DNA of 64,000 nucleotides from Lingula anatina (Eukaryota; Animalia; Brachiopoda). Within the stretch, counting starts at the first letter, position 1. Every line of letters begins with the position of its first letter. This document shows, piece by piece, positions 39,153 through 51,063 of this stretch. A model generated the notes under the pieces. It saw nothing but the letters and a program-made list of their open reading frames with translations, ran no database searches and had not been told where the DNA came from. The DNA is taken from NCBI GenBank assembly GCA_051362555.1, contig JBPQGU010000016.1, positions 248,001 through 312,000 on the forward strand. Reading direction: 5' to 3'. Position numbers and translations under genes: made by a program.

Positions 39153-39472
39153 AGCACAATAGGTCACTCCTTGGCACAATAAGTGACTCCTTGGCACAAG
39201 AGGTCACTCCAAGTCAAAACAGATCACTCCTTGGCACAATAAGTGACTCCATGGCACAAGAGGTCACTCCAAGTCAAAACAGATCACTCCTTGGCACAAT
39301 AAGTGACTCCATGGCACAAGAGGTCACTCCAAGTCACAATAGGTCACTCCTTAGCACAAGAGGTCACTCCAAGTCATAATAGGTCACTACTTGGCACAAT
39401 AAGTCACTCCTTGGCACAATAGGTCACACCAGTGCACAATGGGTCACACCAGGGCACAATAGGTCACACCAG
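39153..39472. repeat. 20-bp minisatellite with 60-bp higher-order periodicity
   Basis: Unit about GCACAATAGGTCACTCCTTG, ~16 copies; the triplet of variants repeats on lines 39181, 39241 and 39301. Confidence 0.9.
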
Positions 39473-39631
39473 GAAGAGACACCAGTTCAGTATTCCTTCA
39501 GTATGTTATGTCCAGTGGTGTGACATGTGACCAGATGTTGTGTCATATTATCTGTGGAGTCTTTGTTTTAAGTAGGTCTATCATTTATGGGGTCTGTTTA
39601 AAGAATGTTCTGAGTTGTGACATTATAAATG

Positions 39632-42600
39632 CTATGTCTTATCATCTGTAGGGTCTTTGTTTCTCATTTTTTCCAGCTCCTGTACCCACTCCTGTATCGT
39701 CTGGTGTTTGAATTTGCCTGGAAATTGTAAATAAAATATACTTATCTAGCAAAAAGTGACAAAATACATTTCAAAACTTTGACAGTCTGTACTAGCTTTG
39801 ATCTCAAGTATTAACTTGTTTCTAACATTTAAATCACACATTCCCCAGGCAGAGCAGTATGCAAGGTTCCCTGAGGTATAAAACAGAAACACTTTTTCAT
39901 GACACGTGACTCTTCAATGGAATGACTGCCATAGTTTTAAAATCAAAAAAAAAAAAAAAAAAAAAAAACGCCAATCAAGGAGGTCTGTGACTCAAAGCTG
40001 GAACCTCTACTGCATGGACGTATGCCATTCTCAAATAACCACCAGTAGAGTGTACCTGATCGAATCTGAACTTAGTGTTCATTTTCTTTCTTGTTATTGT
40101 GTCATCTGATGTCATCTACATGCAGCTGCCTGTCTACTGCAGTATGTTCTGCAGACAGCCAAATAGCCTTGACCTCATAGCAGGGCTTTTCCCAGGATTG
40201 GGGGTACAAGCTGTCCAAAATTACCACCTGTAATTTCCTACAAAATTTTAGGGAGTCTAAGTATGCCAAAAGCTGTCACATTTCCCAAAAAATCCATAAG
40301 CTGTCCAGCTGTCTTTAAAAATATGGGCTGTCCAGTGATGCTGGCGGCCTTCCAAAACCCTGGAAAAACCCTTGCCTTGAATGAAAATTTCAACTTACAA
40401 CTACCTGACAACCAATCAGATTTGGTGTACCAAAACTCACTTGGACAGAACCCAAAATACCACTTCCAGTATGTTCTTACCTTCAGTGGAGTCAAAGAAA
40501 TCCTGTAACTCCCCAGGCCTGCTTTGTTCTCTCTCATATTCATACGCCTGCAGAATCATCTCAAATCTGTCTATGTCCTTGACATAAACGGCTTCCTTGG
40601 ACATCTGCTGCTCATATTCCTGGGGAAAAATTGTGATAGGTGAGATATGCTGTCCTAATAAACACAATGACAGTATGGTCATGATTCCCCTTTCAATGGG
40701 AGAAATGGTGAATTATACGGGTAATGTCTTTTTTGAGGTCATAAATTCTCAAAATTGGAACATGACAACTGAGTGGTAAAATGAAACTGAAAAGCAAGTT
40801 ACCCTATCATTCTTTTTACAACAGTAAATGCTCCACAAATGCTATATAAGAATATAACTTTTATGATATCCAAATTATGTACCAATAATTATAATAATAA
40901 TTCCCATTGAAAAGATCTAGTAATTACCATACTACAACAAAATTAATATATCTGCAGCAATTATTTATTGTTTCTACATTTTTATCTTTGAGTAACTGTG
41001 TTTTGCAACATGCTTTTGGTGTACAGCTACCTGGGTTTACTTTGCCATTAAATAAAATAACTGGTCAAGCTATCTCGGTGTTAAGGTTTGGAACCATTAT
41101 GGCAATGCACTAGTATCTGAGTCTGCTTAACCATTCACAGGTCAATGACCTCTGTACCTTACTATCCACAGGTCAATGACCTCTGTGCCTTACCATCCAC
41201 AGGTCAATGACCACTGTGCCTTACCAACCACAGGTCAATGACCTCTGTGCCTTACCATCCACAGGTCAATGACCTCTGTTCCTATATCCCCTGGCAGTAA
41301 ACTTGTGATGTGATTCATTGCATCCTGTAAATAACATAATCAATGGCACTTGTGATATGAGTCAGGCATGCTTTCTAAAATATAAAACATGACATTTCAC
41401 AGGGTGATTTAATCACCTGTAATAGGGTGATGTTAATACTTTGAAATATCAAATTATTCTTAATTAATTATCAAAAACAAAATAAAATGTGATAAATTAA
41501 ATTAATTGTTTAGAATAAGTAGGTTCTAAACCAATACTGAGAACTTTTATGACAACTAAATAGTCAACTGGTTTAAACCATTGGACCATACTAATGTCCC
41601 AAACAGTAGGCTCTCCAACCTTTTCTTTTCTGTGTTTCTCCTCCTTGCTGATGCCGCATGCTGGAGTGATGTCTCCCACCAGACTCTCTGCCATGTCATG
41701 AACCAGGGCCAGCTTTAAACATCTGGAATACAATACAATACAATACAATACAATACAATACAATACAATACAATACAATACAATACAATACAATACAATA
41801 CAATACAGTGCAACACAATGCAATACAATACCATACTGTATACTAATGTAATGCAATGCAATGCAATGCGATGTAAAGTAATGTAATGCAATGTCATACT
41901 GTGTGATGTTCAAAATTAAGGGTGGTCCCCCTCACTCTCATCGGTCAGTTCAGTATAATTTTATGCTTCTATTTGAACATTTTATCTTTAGATTGGATCA
42001 ATTAATTATTCCCAAGTTAACAATATCTAATATGCATGATTTCAGATTTAACAGATTACAATTTGAATCAATGAAATGTTCAGCATCCTGTCTTCATTGT
42101 AGCGTATAATCTTCAGACGGGATCAGTTAATTATCCCAAGCTAAAAAATTTCTTCAGTAGATATGCAAATTTATTTATCCAATTATGAATATTTAATTTC
42201 TTCTTTCAAAAACTATTGAGGTTTGTAAAATCATCTCTGTTATATTTGTATATGCCCTGTATCAGAAGAAGGCTGAGTCAGTACACACACTGTATTAGAA
42301 GAAGGCCAAGTCATTATACACCTTGTATTAGAAGGAAGAATTTTCATACACCTTATTAGAAGTTGGAAGTTGAATGTTCTCTGTATTGGTTGGAAAAAAG
42401 AAGAGTCAGTATACATACTGTATTAGAAGAAGGAAGAGGTTCTTAAATGCCCTGTATTAGAAGCCAGAGAATACCTGTACAGTACAAACTGTTATAGAAG
42501 AAGAGAAGTTTTTGTACACCCTGTATTAGCAGGATGACATAGCTTTCATACACCCTGTATTAGAAAGAAAACAGTTTATTAGAGGAAGACAGTGTTTCTC

Positions 42601-43231
42601 TACACCCTGTAATAATAAAGCCATATACCTGTCTCTGTTAATGCCGTCATTGTCTCCAAGTGCCAGTGTCATGACTGCCATCCTGTACATGTGGTCAGAC
42701 ACACTCTCCGGCTGCGCCACATGTCTCTGAACCCACCCAGCTCGGACTGTGCGCTGTAACAAGGTATCACGATGTAACCATTAATGTACAATGTAGCTTT
42801 TAAATGGGATACGGTATATATGGATTGACTGTGCTTTTAATTTTAATATGAAATAATTCAAGAGGAACAGGAAAGTGCATCAAAACTGATTTAAATGTGC
42901 TTATTTAACAATATACATGTAGCTTACTTGTTGATATAGATATTTAATTATGATAATGAAAACTACGCAACTTTCCTTGGTCTGTCCATTCACTTAACCC
43001 CCCCCCCCCCCCCAAGCCTGGCTCTGCTTATTCACCTACCCCCTTTTGGGAGAAACCTGGTTTTACCAATGCACTCCTTTTACTGCCAGTAAACTTGAAT
43101 GTAAAGGCTAAGTGGACAAACAACAAAACGGTGTATGTTCACACGTTATTAACGAAAATGTTGATCGTGATTACCTTCAATCGCCCCACCACCATGAAAA
43201 ACTCCAGAAGTCCTGAGACTTTCCCTGCCAT
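39632..43231 (-). CDS. HDDC2: HD domain-containing protein 2 (5'-deoxynucleotidase), 6 exons
   Basis: Exons (minus): 43231-43175, 42753-42629, 41722-41620, 41324-41256, 40619-40481, 39717-39632. Translation includes [87 protein letters not shown]. Confidence 0.95.
41126..41281 (-). repeat. 31-bp tandem array x5 made of the HDDC2 exon-4 3' end plus its splice donor
   Basis: Minus-strand unit GCACAGAGGTCATTGACCTGTGGATG|GTAAG; the first copy overlaps the real exon. Confidence 0.92.
41727..41890. repeat. (CAATA)n microsatellite abutting the HDDC2 exon-3 acceptor
   Basis: (TATTG)n on the minus strand runs directly into tattccag|A; it degenerates distally to CAATG/TAATG. Confidence 0.93.
42255..42615. 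repeat. Degenerate tandem repeat with CCTGTATTAGAAG core in HDDC2 intron 2
   Basis: About 9 occurrences of (c)ctgtattagaa at irregular 30-40-bp spacing. Confidence 0.7.
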
Positions 43232-43454
43232 AATAAAAATATACTTGACTCTGAATGGTCTTTAACTGTAAACAACACTGGTTTGCACGTGTGACTCCTT
43301 CCAAGACTGACTTCCTTTCTGTAAGTAAGCCGCATTTCAATTGGCTGAAGCTACTAACTTGACAACAAAACGTAATCATGAATCTCGATTTAGAATTATG
43401 TAATATTTAAGCTCGTATCGAAAGCGAGGCTTCCTCAAGGAGAGTTAACGAAAA
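43232..43454. promoter_or_regulatory. Bidirectional promoter shared by HDDC2 and MRPS28
   Basis: Divergent ATGs are only 223 bp apart; the gap contains CACGTG and ATTGG (reverse CCAAT). Confidence 0.75.
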
Positions 43455-45728
43455 ATGGCTGCGACCATGCTACTGAAACATGTCAGATTTTTCAGACGGA
43501 TTTATCCCAACTTTTGCAGTATTTCTCGCGCTTATGCATCTGAGACGAGTACACCACAACCCACAGCATCTACAGAAATAGACAGCTCGCCTGATTCCAA
43601 AGATCAAGAAATAACTGATACAAAACCTACGGAAAATATATTTGCTGACAACGAGAACACGTTCTACTCCCTTCTGCGCCGCTCCAAATGGATGCAGCTC
43701 GGAGATCCAATGGGCAAGGAGGTAGTGGGCACGATAAAGCAAATCCAAGGGAATGATATCTACATAGATATAGGACACAAATTCTATTGCATATGCGAAA
43801 AACCAAGGATCGAAGGAAGCTACTGGTATGCAGTTAATGGCTGTGTTCAGAATAGAAGTTATCGTACAGGCGGGGTCAGATTTTCACTAAGTCATTGTCA
43901 GTGCAATCAGCTTAATTGTCTAGCAGGCCCCCGCGTAACTTGAAGTACTTGGGTAAAGTCGGGAAAACTGAGTGGTCCATGATGTAGTTCATGTTACTGT
44001 GCTGGGAAGGGGGGGGGGGGGGGTACGTGCCAGACAGTGAAGCTGATTACATTGACTGCACCTTAGCAAGAATCTTGACTGAGATAGGTCAATCCTGCTG
44101 ATACTATAACTTTAATTGTGAACACAGCCTATATATATATACAATTAATATTCATGTGCCTTAGGGACCATTCAGAACGAGATGTGAGTGGTAACTGATC
44201 CACGGCCTAAATGTGGTGGACCTACATAAAAAAGGAAGACTGCTTAATCCTGTAATGGTCTCTCCACCTCTGACACGCCACACATCTGGTCAAATGGAGC
44301 GGAGATTTAATTACTGTGCCCCTGCAGGGACGATGCGTGTGGAGGCAAGTAAGTGGTGGAGAGACCATTACAGGATTAAGCAGTCTTCCTTTCATGTAGG
44401 TCTGCCATATTTAGGCCTTGGACCAGTTAGCACACGGATCTTCTCATTCTGAATGGTCCCTTGCATGTATAGTTCAGTCTCCAGTGGAGGGGGGGGGGGG
44501 GGGTATTTCTCCATGACGGTTTTCTTAGTTTATCTTGATTAGATGAGAATTAATTGATGAAAGATTTGATTCTTTATACCCAGTATATTATCAGGCAGTC
44601 ACATAGTGAGCCCTTTTTTTCTATAAGCTTGGTACATGGTAATGAGCCTCTTTGATTAGAGACATGTTCCTATTAGTAAGCTAAAATGTGGAAGACCTTA
44701 ATTACCACTATAGTGTGAATCAATGCAATGTTTATTTTAACATAGTAATAACAAACTGATACATTTATTGTGTATTTTTCAGGCACTACAGAATTGGAAG
44801 TAAAGTCAGAGTAAGATTAGAAGATTTAGAATTAGCTGCAAAATTTAAGGTAGATAGCCATTTACTTTCTTCCTTGACCTCTTTATCCCATCAGGGCCAT
44901 AAGATAAGGGTGCATACATGTCCTAAGTAATTTTTGTAAAGATCTGTAACTTTATGAATTAGATTGGCTGTACACAGTTGTATCTCCACTTCCGATTGGC
45001 TATAAATGTGATACAAGACAATTGTATTTCCACTTCCAATTGGTTATAAATGTGATATAAGATAATATTGTATCCTTCTTCAGATTGGCTATAAATGTGA
45101 TATAAGATATTTGTATCTCCACTTCGGATTGGCTCTAAAATTTTTGTTTCCACTTCAGATTGGCTAAAAACGTGGTCTGAAACATTTGTATCTTCACTTG
45201 AGATTGGCTCTAAACAATTGTATCTTCATTTGAGATTGGCTAAAAATGTGATATGAAACATTTGTATCTCCACTTCAGATGGGCTACAAATCTGTGACGG
45301 CGTTGGAGGCCAGTGGAGTGCTGATGGGGCCACTGGGAGGGAAGGATATTGAGGAGCAGCTGGCCAACCCCTTGGGGACCTTGGACCCGGACATCCTGCA
45401 GGGTTTGGACTTGTTTGAAGTTTCTGAAGAGTCAGAAGACGTTGACCAGGAGATGGTGGATCAGGCATTGGAAGACTGGGGCAGAAGTGACAGGGACAAA
45501 GATGACTCAGTCAAAATTGACTTGGACGAAAGTGACTTGGACGAAGATGACTTGGACAGAGATGACTTGGACAAAAATGACTTGGACAGTGATGAATGGG
45601 ACAAAGGCTTGGACAAAGTTGACTTGGACATAGATGGCTGGGACAGTGATGAATGGGACAAAGGCTTGGACAAAGATGACTCAGTTGATGTAGGCAGTGA
45701 TGGAGAACCAGACGCGCCCAAAAGTTAG
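43455..45728 (+). CDS. MRPS28: Mitochondrial ribosomal protein S28 (bS1m), ~295 aa with an acidic C-terminal extension
   Basis: Exons 43455-43825, 44783-44849, 45279-45728. Arg-rich targeting peptide; FYSLLRRSKWMQLG, VVGTI..NDIYIDIGHKFYCIC.KP, YRIGSKVRVRLEDLEL, VTALEASGVLMG match recalled MRPS28. Confidence 0.92.
43839..44128. mobile_element. Degenerate foldback MITE in MRPS28 intron 1
   Basis: GGCTGTGTTCA / TGAACACAGCC ends; inner inverted match gtcagtgcaatcagct / agctgattacattgac. Confidence 0.6.
44164..44460. mobile_element. Harbinger-like foldback MITE with ~110-bp arms in MRPS28 intron 1
   Basis: GGGACCATTCAGAA / TTCTGAATGGTCCC termini; perfect inner match aaaggaagactgcttaatcctgtaatggtctctccacc; flanks TTA and TTG. 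Confidence 0.85.
44961..45297 (+). repeat. ~32-45-bp tandem array (8 copies plus the exon start) made of the MRPS28 exon-3 acceptor region
   Basis: Unit about ttgtatctccacttcag|ATTGGCTATAAATGTGA versus the real junction tttgtatctccacttcag|ATGGGCTACAAATCTGTGA. Confidence 0.88.
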
Positions 45729-46127
45729 TCTGCTACGCTTGCTGCTTCATGGAACTGTTTTTCTTTATTTGTACATTATCTTTATTGTTATAAATAAAAA
45801 TAGAAAAAAAATTAAAATATGTGGTTGGTGGATTGTTTCATTTCATTATTGGGATGTGTAATGGACTGCGTCACTAACAAATTTTTATACTTTAATAATT
45901 ACCAAGAAGCTTACCATGTGATTAAGTGCCTTCTCTTAAAGTAACGGCAAAGAAGGAAATTAGAGCCAAACATGACAGTAATGGAGGGAGTGAGGGCACG
46001 TGTTTTAAAACAAAATAGATCCATATCTGCCCCCACCAAACGAGGACGGAAAAGATTATTTTTTATGTACAGACACAGATGTGTCTGTACATATAGCCAT
46101 CATCTGCGTCTGTCGTCGCCGTCGCCG

Positions 46128-46158
<31 letters not shown>

Positions 46159-46166
46159 GCACTTTT

Positions 46167-46960
46167 ACCGATAACACGATAAGTGGAAAACCATTTTACA
46201 TTTTGACTTGAAACTTGCAGAACTGATGAATATTCATAATACGCAGGTCAAGTTCGAAAATCAGCATGATCGGGTCACTTTTAGGGAATTTATGCAGTTT
46301 TTTCACTTTTTTCAGCATATATGCAGCACCGATAACACGATAAGTGGAAAACCATTTTACCTTTTGACTTGAAACTTACAGAACTGATGAATATTCATAA
46401 TACGCAGGTCAAGTTCGAAAATCAGCATGATCGGGTCACTTTTAGGGAATTTATGCTGTTTTTTCACTTTTTTCAGCATGTATGCAGCACCGATAACACG
46501 ATAAGTGGAAAACAATTTTACCTTTTGACTTGAAACTTACAGAACTGATGAATATTCATAATATGCAGGTCAAGTTCGAAAATCAGCATGATCGGGTCAC
46601 TTTTAGGGAATTTATGCTGTTTTTTTTCACTTTTTTCAGCATATATGCAGCACCGATAACACGATAAGTGGAAAACCATTTTACCTTTTGACTTGATACT
46701 TACAGAACTGATGAATATTCATAATACGCAGGTCAAGTTTGAAAATCAGCATGATCGGGTCACTTTTAGGTAATTTATGCTGTTTTTTCACTATTTTCAA
46801 TATAAATGCAACACTGATAACACAATATAAGAAAAACGGATTGGCCAATTGTAATCATACTCACAGGAGTGGTCAATCTTACTAAAACGCAGGTTGAGTT
46901 TGAAAATCAGCATAATCAGGCCATTATTTTAGAAGTTATACTGTTTTTCACATTTCCTCA
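46167..46960. repeat. 161-bp tandem repeat (4 near-identical plus 1 diverged copy)
   Basis: accgataacacgataagtggaaaa starts at 46167, 46328, 46489 and 46652; diverged copy at 46813. Confidence 0.95.
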
Positions 46961-47350
46961 GATTCAATTATTAGGCATGTTAACAGTCTCATTATTTAAC
47001 TAATAAGATGCCTAAAAGTGTTTGTTTGATATTTCCTGCATCTTTACAACATTGTTAGTTGATTATGTAAAAAACATGGTAAACTTGTTATCATGTATTG
47101 TGTAATAAAGTGTCAAAAATGGAAATAAACTCATATCATTGCAGTTTGTCAGATTCAATCATCCACTATGTTCAGAATCTCAGAATGGAGGAAATTGGAC
47201 ATTTAACACTGTTCTATTGATACTTTTCCCATCTCATCAATTTTCTTAGTTGGTCATATAAAATGGCAGTAAAATGTTTATTTTGTTTTATGTTAAAAAA
47301 GTGTTAAAAATGGAAATAAACCCATTTCAGAACAGTGCTGTCTTGTTTAC

Positions 47351-48372
47351 ATTTTGGCATTTTCAAGGCGTGACTTTGAAGTTCCATGGGCCTGAAGACC
47401 TTTGCTAGTCACATTTTCTGAATATCTGTGAAACAAATATTTTATAATTAAAAATTGATGGTCATTAAGCTGTTAAACATTATGTAATATTGCATCAAAA
47501 TTTGAAGAAACCCCTATTTTGGGCACTGCTTTAAGGAAAATCATGTCACTTACTGTTCTCAAACTTACAGGAAAGAAACATGGGTCTAACATACAGCTTC
47601 AATAGGCAACGCAGTCTGTTTGGTAAATTTTTCTGGCAATTTAACAGTTTTTTGTGAAAATTTAATTTTACACATATTGGCATTTTCAAGGTGTGACTTT
47701 AAAGTTCCATGATCTTGAAGACTTTTGCTTGTCACATTTTCTGAATGTCCATGTTACTAATATTTTATTAATAACATTTGATTGTCATTATGCTGTTAAA
47801 CATTATGTAATATTGCATCAAAATTTGAAGAAACCCCTATTTTGGGCACTGCTTCCATGATGACCATTTAAGGAAAATCATGTCACTTACTGTTCTCAAA
47901 CTTACAGGAAAGAAACATGGGACTAAAATACAGCTTCAGTAGGCAATGCAGTCTGTTTGGTATTTTTATTTATTTATTTATTTATTTTGGCAGTTAAACA
48001 GTTTTTTGTGAAAATTTAATTTTTCACATATTGGCATTTTCAAGGTGTGACTTTAAAGTTCCATGATCTTGAAGACTTTTGCTTGTCACATTTTCTGAAT
48101 GTCCATGTTACTAATATTTTATTAATAACATTTGATTGTCATTATGCTGTTAAACATTATGTAATGTTGCATCAAAATTTGAAGAAACCCCTATTTTGGG
48201 CACTGCTCCTATGATGACCATTTAAGGGAAAACATGTCACTTACTGTTCTCAAACTTACAGGAAAGAAACATGGGTCTAACATACAGCTTCAATAGGCAA
48301 CGCAGTCTGTTTGGTAAATTTTTCTGGCAATTTAACAGTTTTTTGTGAAAATTTAATTTTTCACTTATTTGC
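47351..48372. repeat. ~320-355-bp tandem repeat x3
   Basis: ttggcattttcaagg.gtgacttt.aagttccat at about 47354, 47677 and 48031. Confidence 0.92.
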
Positions 48373-50852
48373 ATCTTTATTTTCTGTTCTTTGTCTGTAC
48401 ATTTGACAGCTTTGCTGCCTTGTTCCCTTTTAAGTTTGCTTTTATAATAAGCACCATTGTAGAAATTCTTTTTGATAATCTATGCAAAGTCATTAGGTTA
48501 TGACGGACCAACCAGGCCAATGTATATAGAACTGTTTATTAGCATGTCTGTCACTGTAAAACGATGCAGTAGCCCTGCAATAAAGCGCCTCTCGGTGCGA
48601 TGGTGAACTACGGCGATGATTATATCTTTTAAATGGGGGGAAACTGCGAGTTTTATCAATACTGTTTTCTGATGGCATAGATTTGTAAAATTAGAGCATT
48701 TATATTGAGTGGTAAAAAAAAAATTAAATTAAAAAATGAAAAGCAGACTATGTTATGGATCTATTCGGTGCATTTAAAACACCACAAATGCTATTTATAA
48801 AAATATTTTAATGGATCCAAAATTATGTTTCTGAAAAACTGATAATTTTTCAATCTAGTCATTACCGTAGTTATTTGTTATGCTGTGTTCAGCTTCTCCG
48901 AGAGAGGAAATTTGTCTCTGATCAGTCGTACAACTGATATCTTTCAATTTAAGTTTTGCTTGACAAACTTAAGTTTTATTGAGACTTGGGGATGTTGTTA
49001 CCCCATTTGTTGAAACCGCCAGCCAAGAAGTTATAAAGTTATAACTTCTTGCGCCAGCCAACAGCCACAAGGGGCCACCCAGGTCCAGCCCCGAGCTTCG
49101 TGAATGGAGGGTGGTATTTGAGTACGGTCAATTCTTATGAATGTGTTAGCGGTGACTGTCTCAACCGATGCAATGGATCTTTTAGCGCGAGTGCCGCTTG
49201 AATCGAGGTTTCCATTGTATGATTATTGTAAACCTGGAATGTGGTCGATAGATGTAATAAACATATACCAAGTAATAGAAAAAACAAACAAAAAACGTGA
49301 TATATGATATCTTACTCATTACACTGGCCATTGCTGTATATTTGCAGTAGATCGGATTCGAGCCCCACTTACATGTATCTGAGGATTCTTAGGATCTTTT
49401 ATGCCCACTGTGTTGCTTTCTGATATTTAAGAAATCGAATTATGCCAACAGAGCGATGTTTTGTGATCGTTGTTAATTCTAACCCAGAAGTCGCGCGCTC
49501 TGCGTCCGAGAGTGGGTTGCGAGAAGGTGGTGAAAAAACGTGGAGCCCCCTTAACGCATCCTAAAGGTTTGAAACATGTCATTCAGAATATCAAGATGAA
49601 ATTAAAAGTAATCCTGATGAAATTAAAAGCAATCCTGATGCTCCGTGTTTGGAAAAGAGATGTACTTGCCGGCGGTAGGCGCGCTCTCAATCACACGCGC
49701 ACACGCGACCATACGGGCTTAGGGTATACCGATCTATACCTGCACGTGTAGGCGACGCTGCGAAGCACGCGCACTGCAAGCTAGCCAAAAAGTCACAGCC
49801 AGAACTTCAGACCATGCCTGTACCTCTCTCTCTACACAAGGCCGCGGTTGGATCCAGCTACCCCGCGGTGATATATCAGTGCCAGCGACGGTTGCAGGGT
49901 TTTTGGCAATAAAGAACTCTTAACAATCATTATGGAGGCCGCGGCGCACAATTCCCACATTTGTGAGTGTGTGGAGTAACAAGATCCGCGTGCGACCAAC
50001 GCTCAGGAGACCTCTACAGTGAACTTAACATACGCCGCCAATAAAACGCTCTGCGGGTGCGTGACGGGACTGTGCCGCTTGCTAACGTAACACGGAACAA
50101 CCACTAGGTCGATGAATTGATTGACGGCAAACCACGACACTCAGGCAGCGGAGCTGGCAGCTTTCTTGTAACTTTGTGCTGTAGAGTATATGATAGAGAA
50201 AGACGTGTTTATGTCCTACAAGGTTACAGGGCCCGGTTACACGTTTTGTACGGTGGCCTGAGTGGACGCACATACTTTGTGATGGGCTTACACTTCTGTC
50301 AATTCTCTCTCTCTCCTTTCTGCTGTTGCCTTTACATATTTTCTTACGTCATTCAGAATATTTTGTAAAATACAACTTGTTTGTCCAAAGAAAAGACTGG
50401 CACCTCTCTCTTTGTAAATATTTCCAAAATATTTGTCTATATATATTTTATTTATGTTTGTCTTCCATTTATTTATTTATTTATGTATGTATTTATTCAT
50501 TTATTTATTTACTACCTGTACCACAATGACAATTAATTATTTCGCATATGCTATAAACATAACGACAACAGTATACCTAAAATTAACAAGTACCGCCAAA
50601 AAACCAGCACCCAGATATCACCGGTTGCCGACCCCAAGTCACACAGAGCTGGGAAAGGATAACACCAGATCAATCCCGGGCATAATGAAACCCTGTGTAA
50701 CCAGTCAAATCTCGTTATTTTTGTTGACAGTCTACGCACGTGTTTAACACAATGCTGGCGTCCCACAATGTGGTTAGATTAACCCGCCGTGGAGAGAGCA
50801 GCCAGTGGCCCCGTGGCTTGTTGACCAGTGCTGGGGAAAGATGGGATTTTTA

Positions 50853-51063
50853 GGGCACGTCCCCAATGAAACTATCGTTCTACGTCGATCGTTCCAGTTC
50901 TGTGGGGACTCTGCCTGAATGCAATCACATAAAATGACTGAAACACCCCTTTGAGCTGCAAGGGGGTGATTGACGCTCTTGTGCACTTCGTTTTGAGTGG
51001 GACTGAACGAACACGAAGTTGGATCGATCTACCTAGAACGATAGTTTCATTGGGAATGCGCCC
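50853..51063. mobile_element. PIF/Harbinger-like MITE with TTA TSD
   Basis: TTA|GGGCACGTCCCCAATGAAACTATCGTTCTA ... TAGAACGATAGTTTCATTGGGAATGCGCCC|TTA; related to 34390-34645. Confidence 0.8.

Larger units (their letters stand above)
46061..48424 (+). mobile_element. Non-autonomous Helentron-associated element (HINE/DINE-1/pearl-like) with internal tandem arrays
   Basis: T-run, then hairpin ATGTACAGACAC-agat-GTGTCTGTACAT (46065-46092), (GTCGCC/GTC)n microsatellite, 161-bp repeats, ~340-bp repeats, 3' subterminal IR TGTCTGTACAT (48392-48402), short palindrome cagc-ttt-gctg, and ttgtt end. Confidence 0.82.

Noticed and set aside
38963-39379. 138-aa ORF with QNRSLLGTISDS repeats
   Set aside because: It is the translation of the 60-bp higher-order minisatellite; no other coding evidence.
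40181-40374. Possible hAT MITE in the last HDDC2 intron (CAGGGCTTTTCCCAGG ... CCTGGAAAAACCCTTG)
   Set aside because: The TIR is imperfect and no 8-bp TSD is visible; plausible but not supported enough to list.
44961-45297. CRISPR-like look of regularly spaced ATTGGCT motifs (also 39153-39472 and 41126-41281)
   Set aside because: The intervening sequences are homologous rather than unique spacers, there are no cas genes, and the context is spliced eukaryotic genes.
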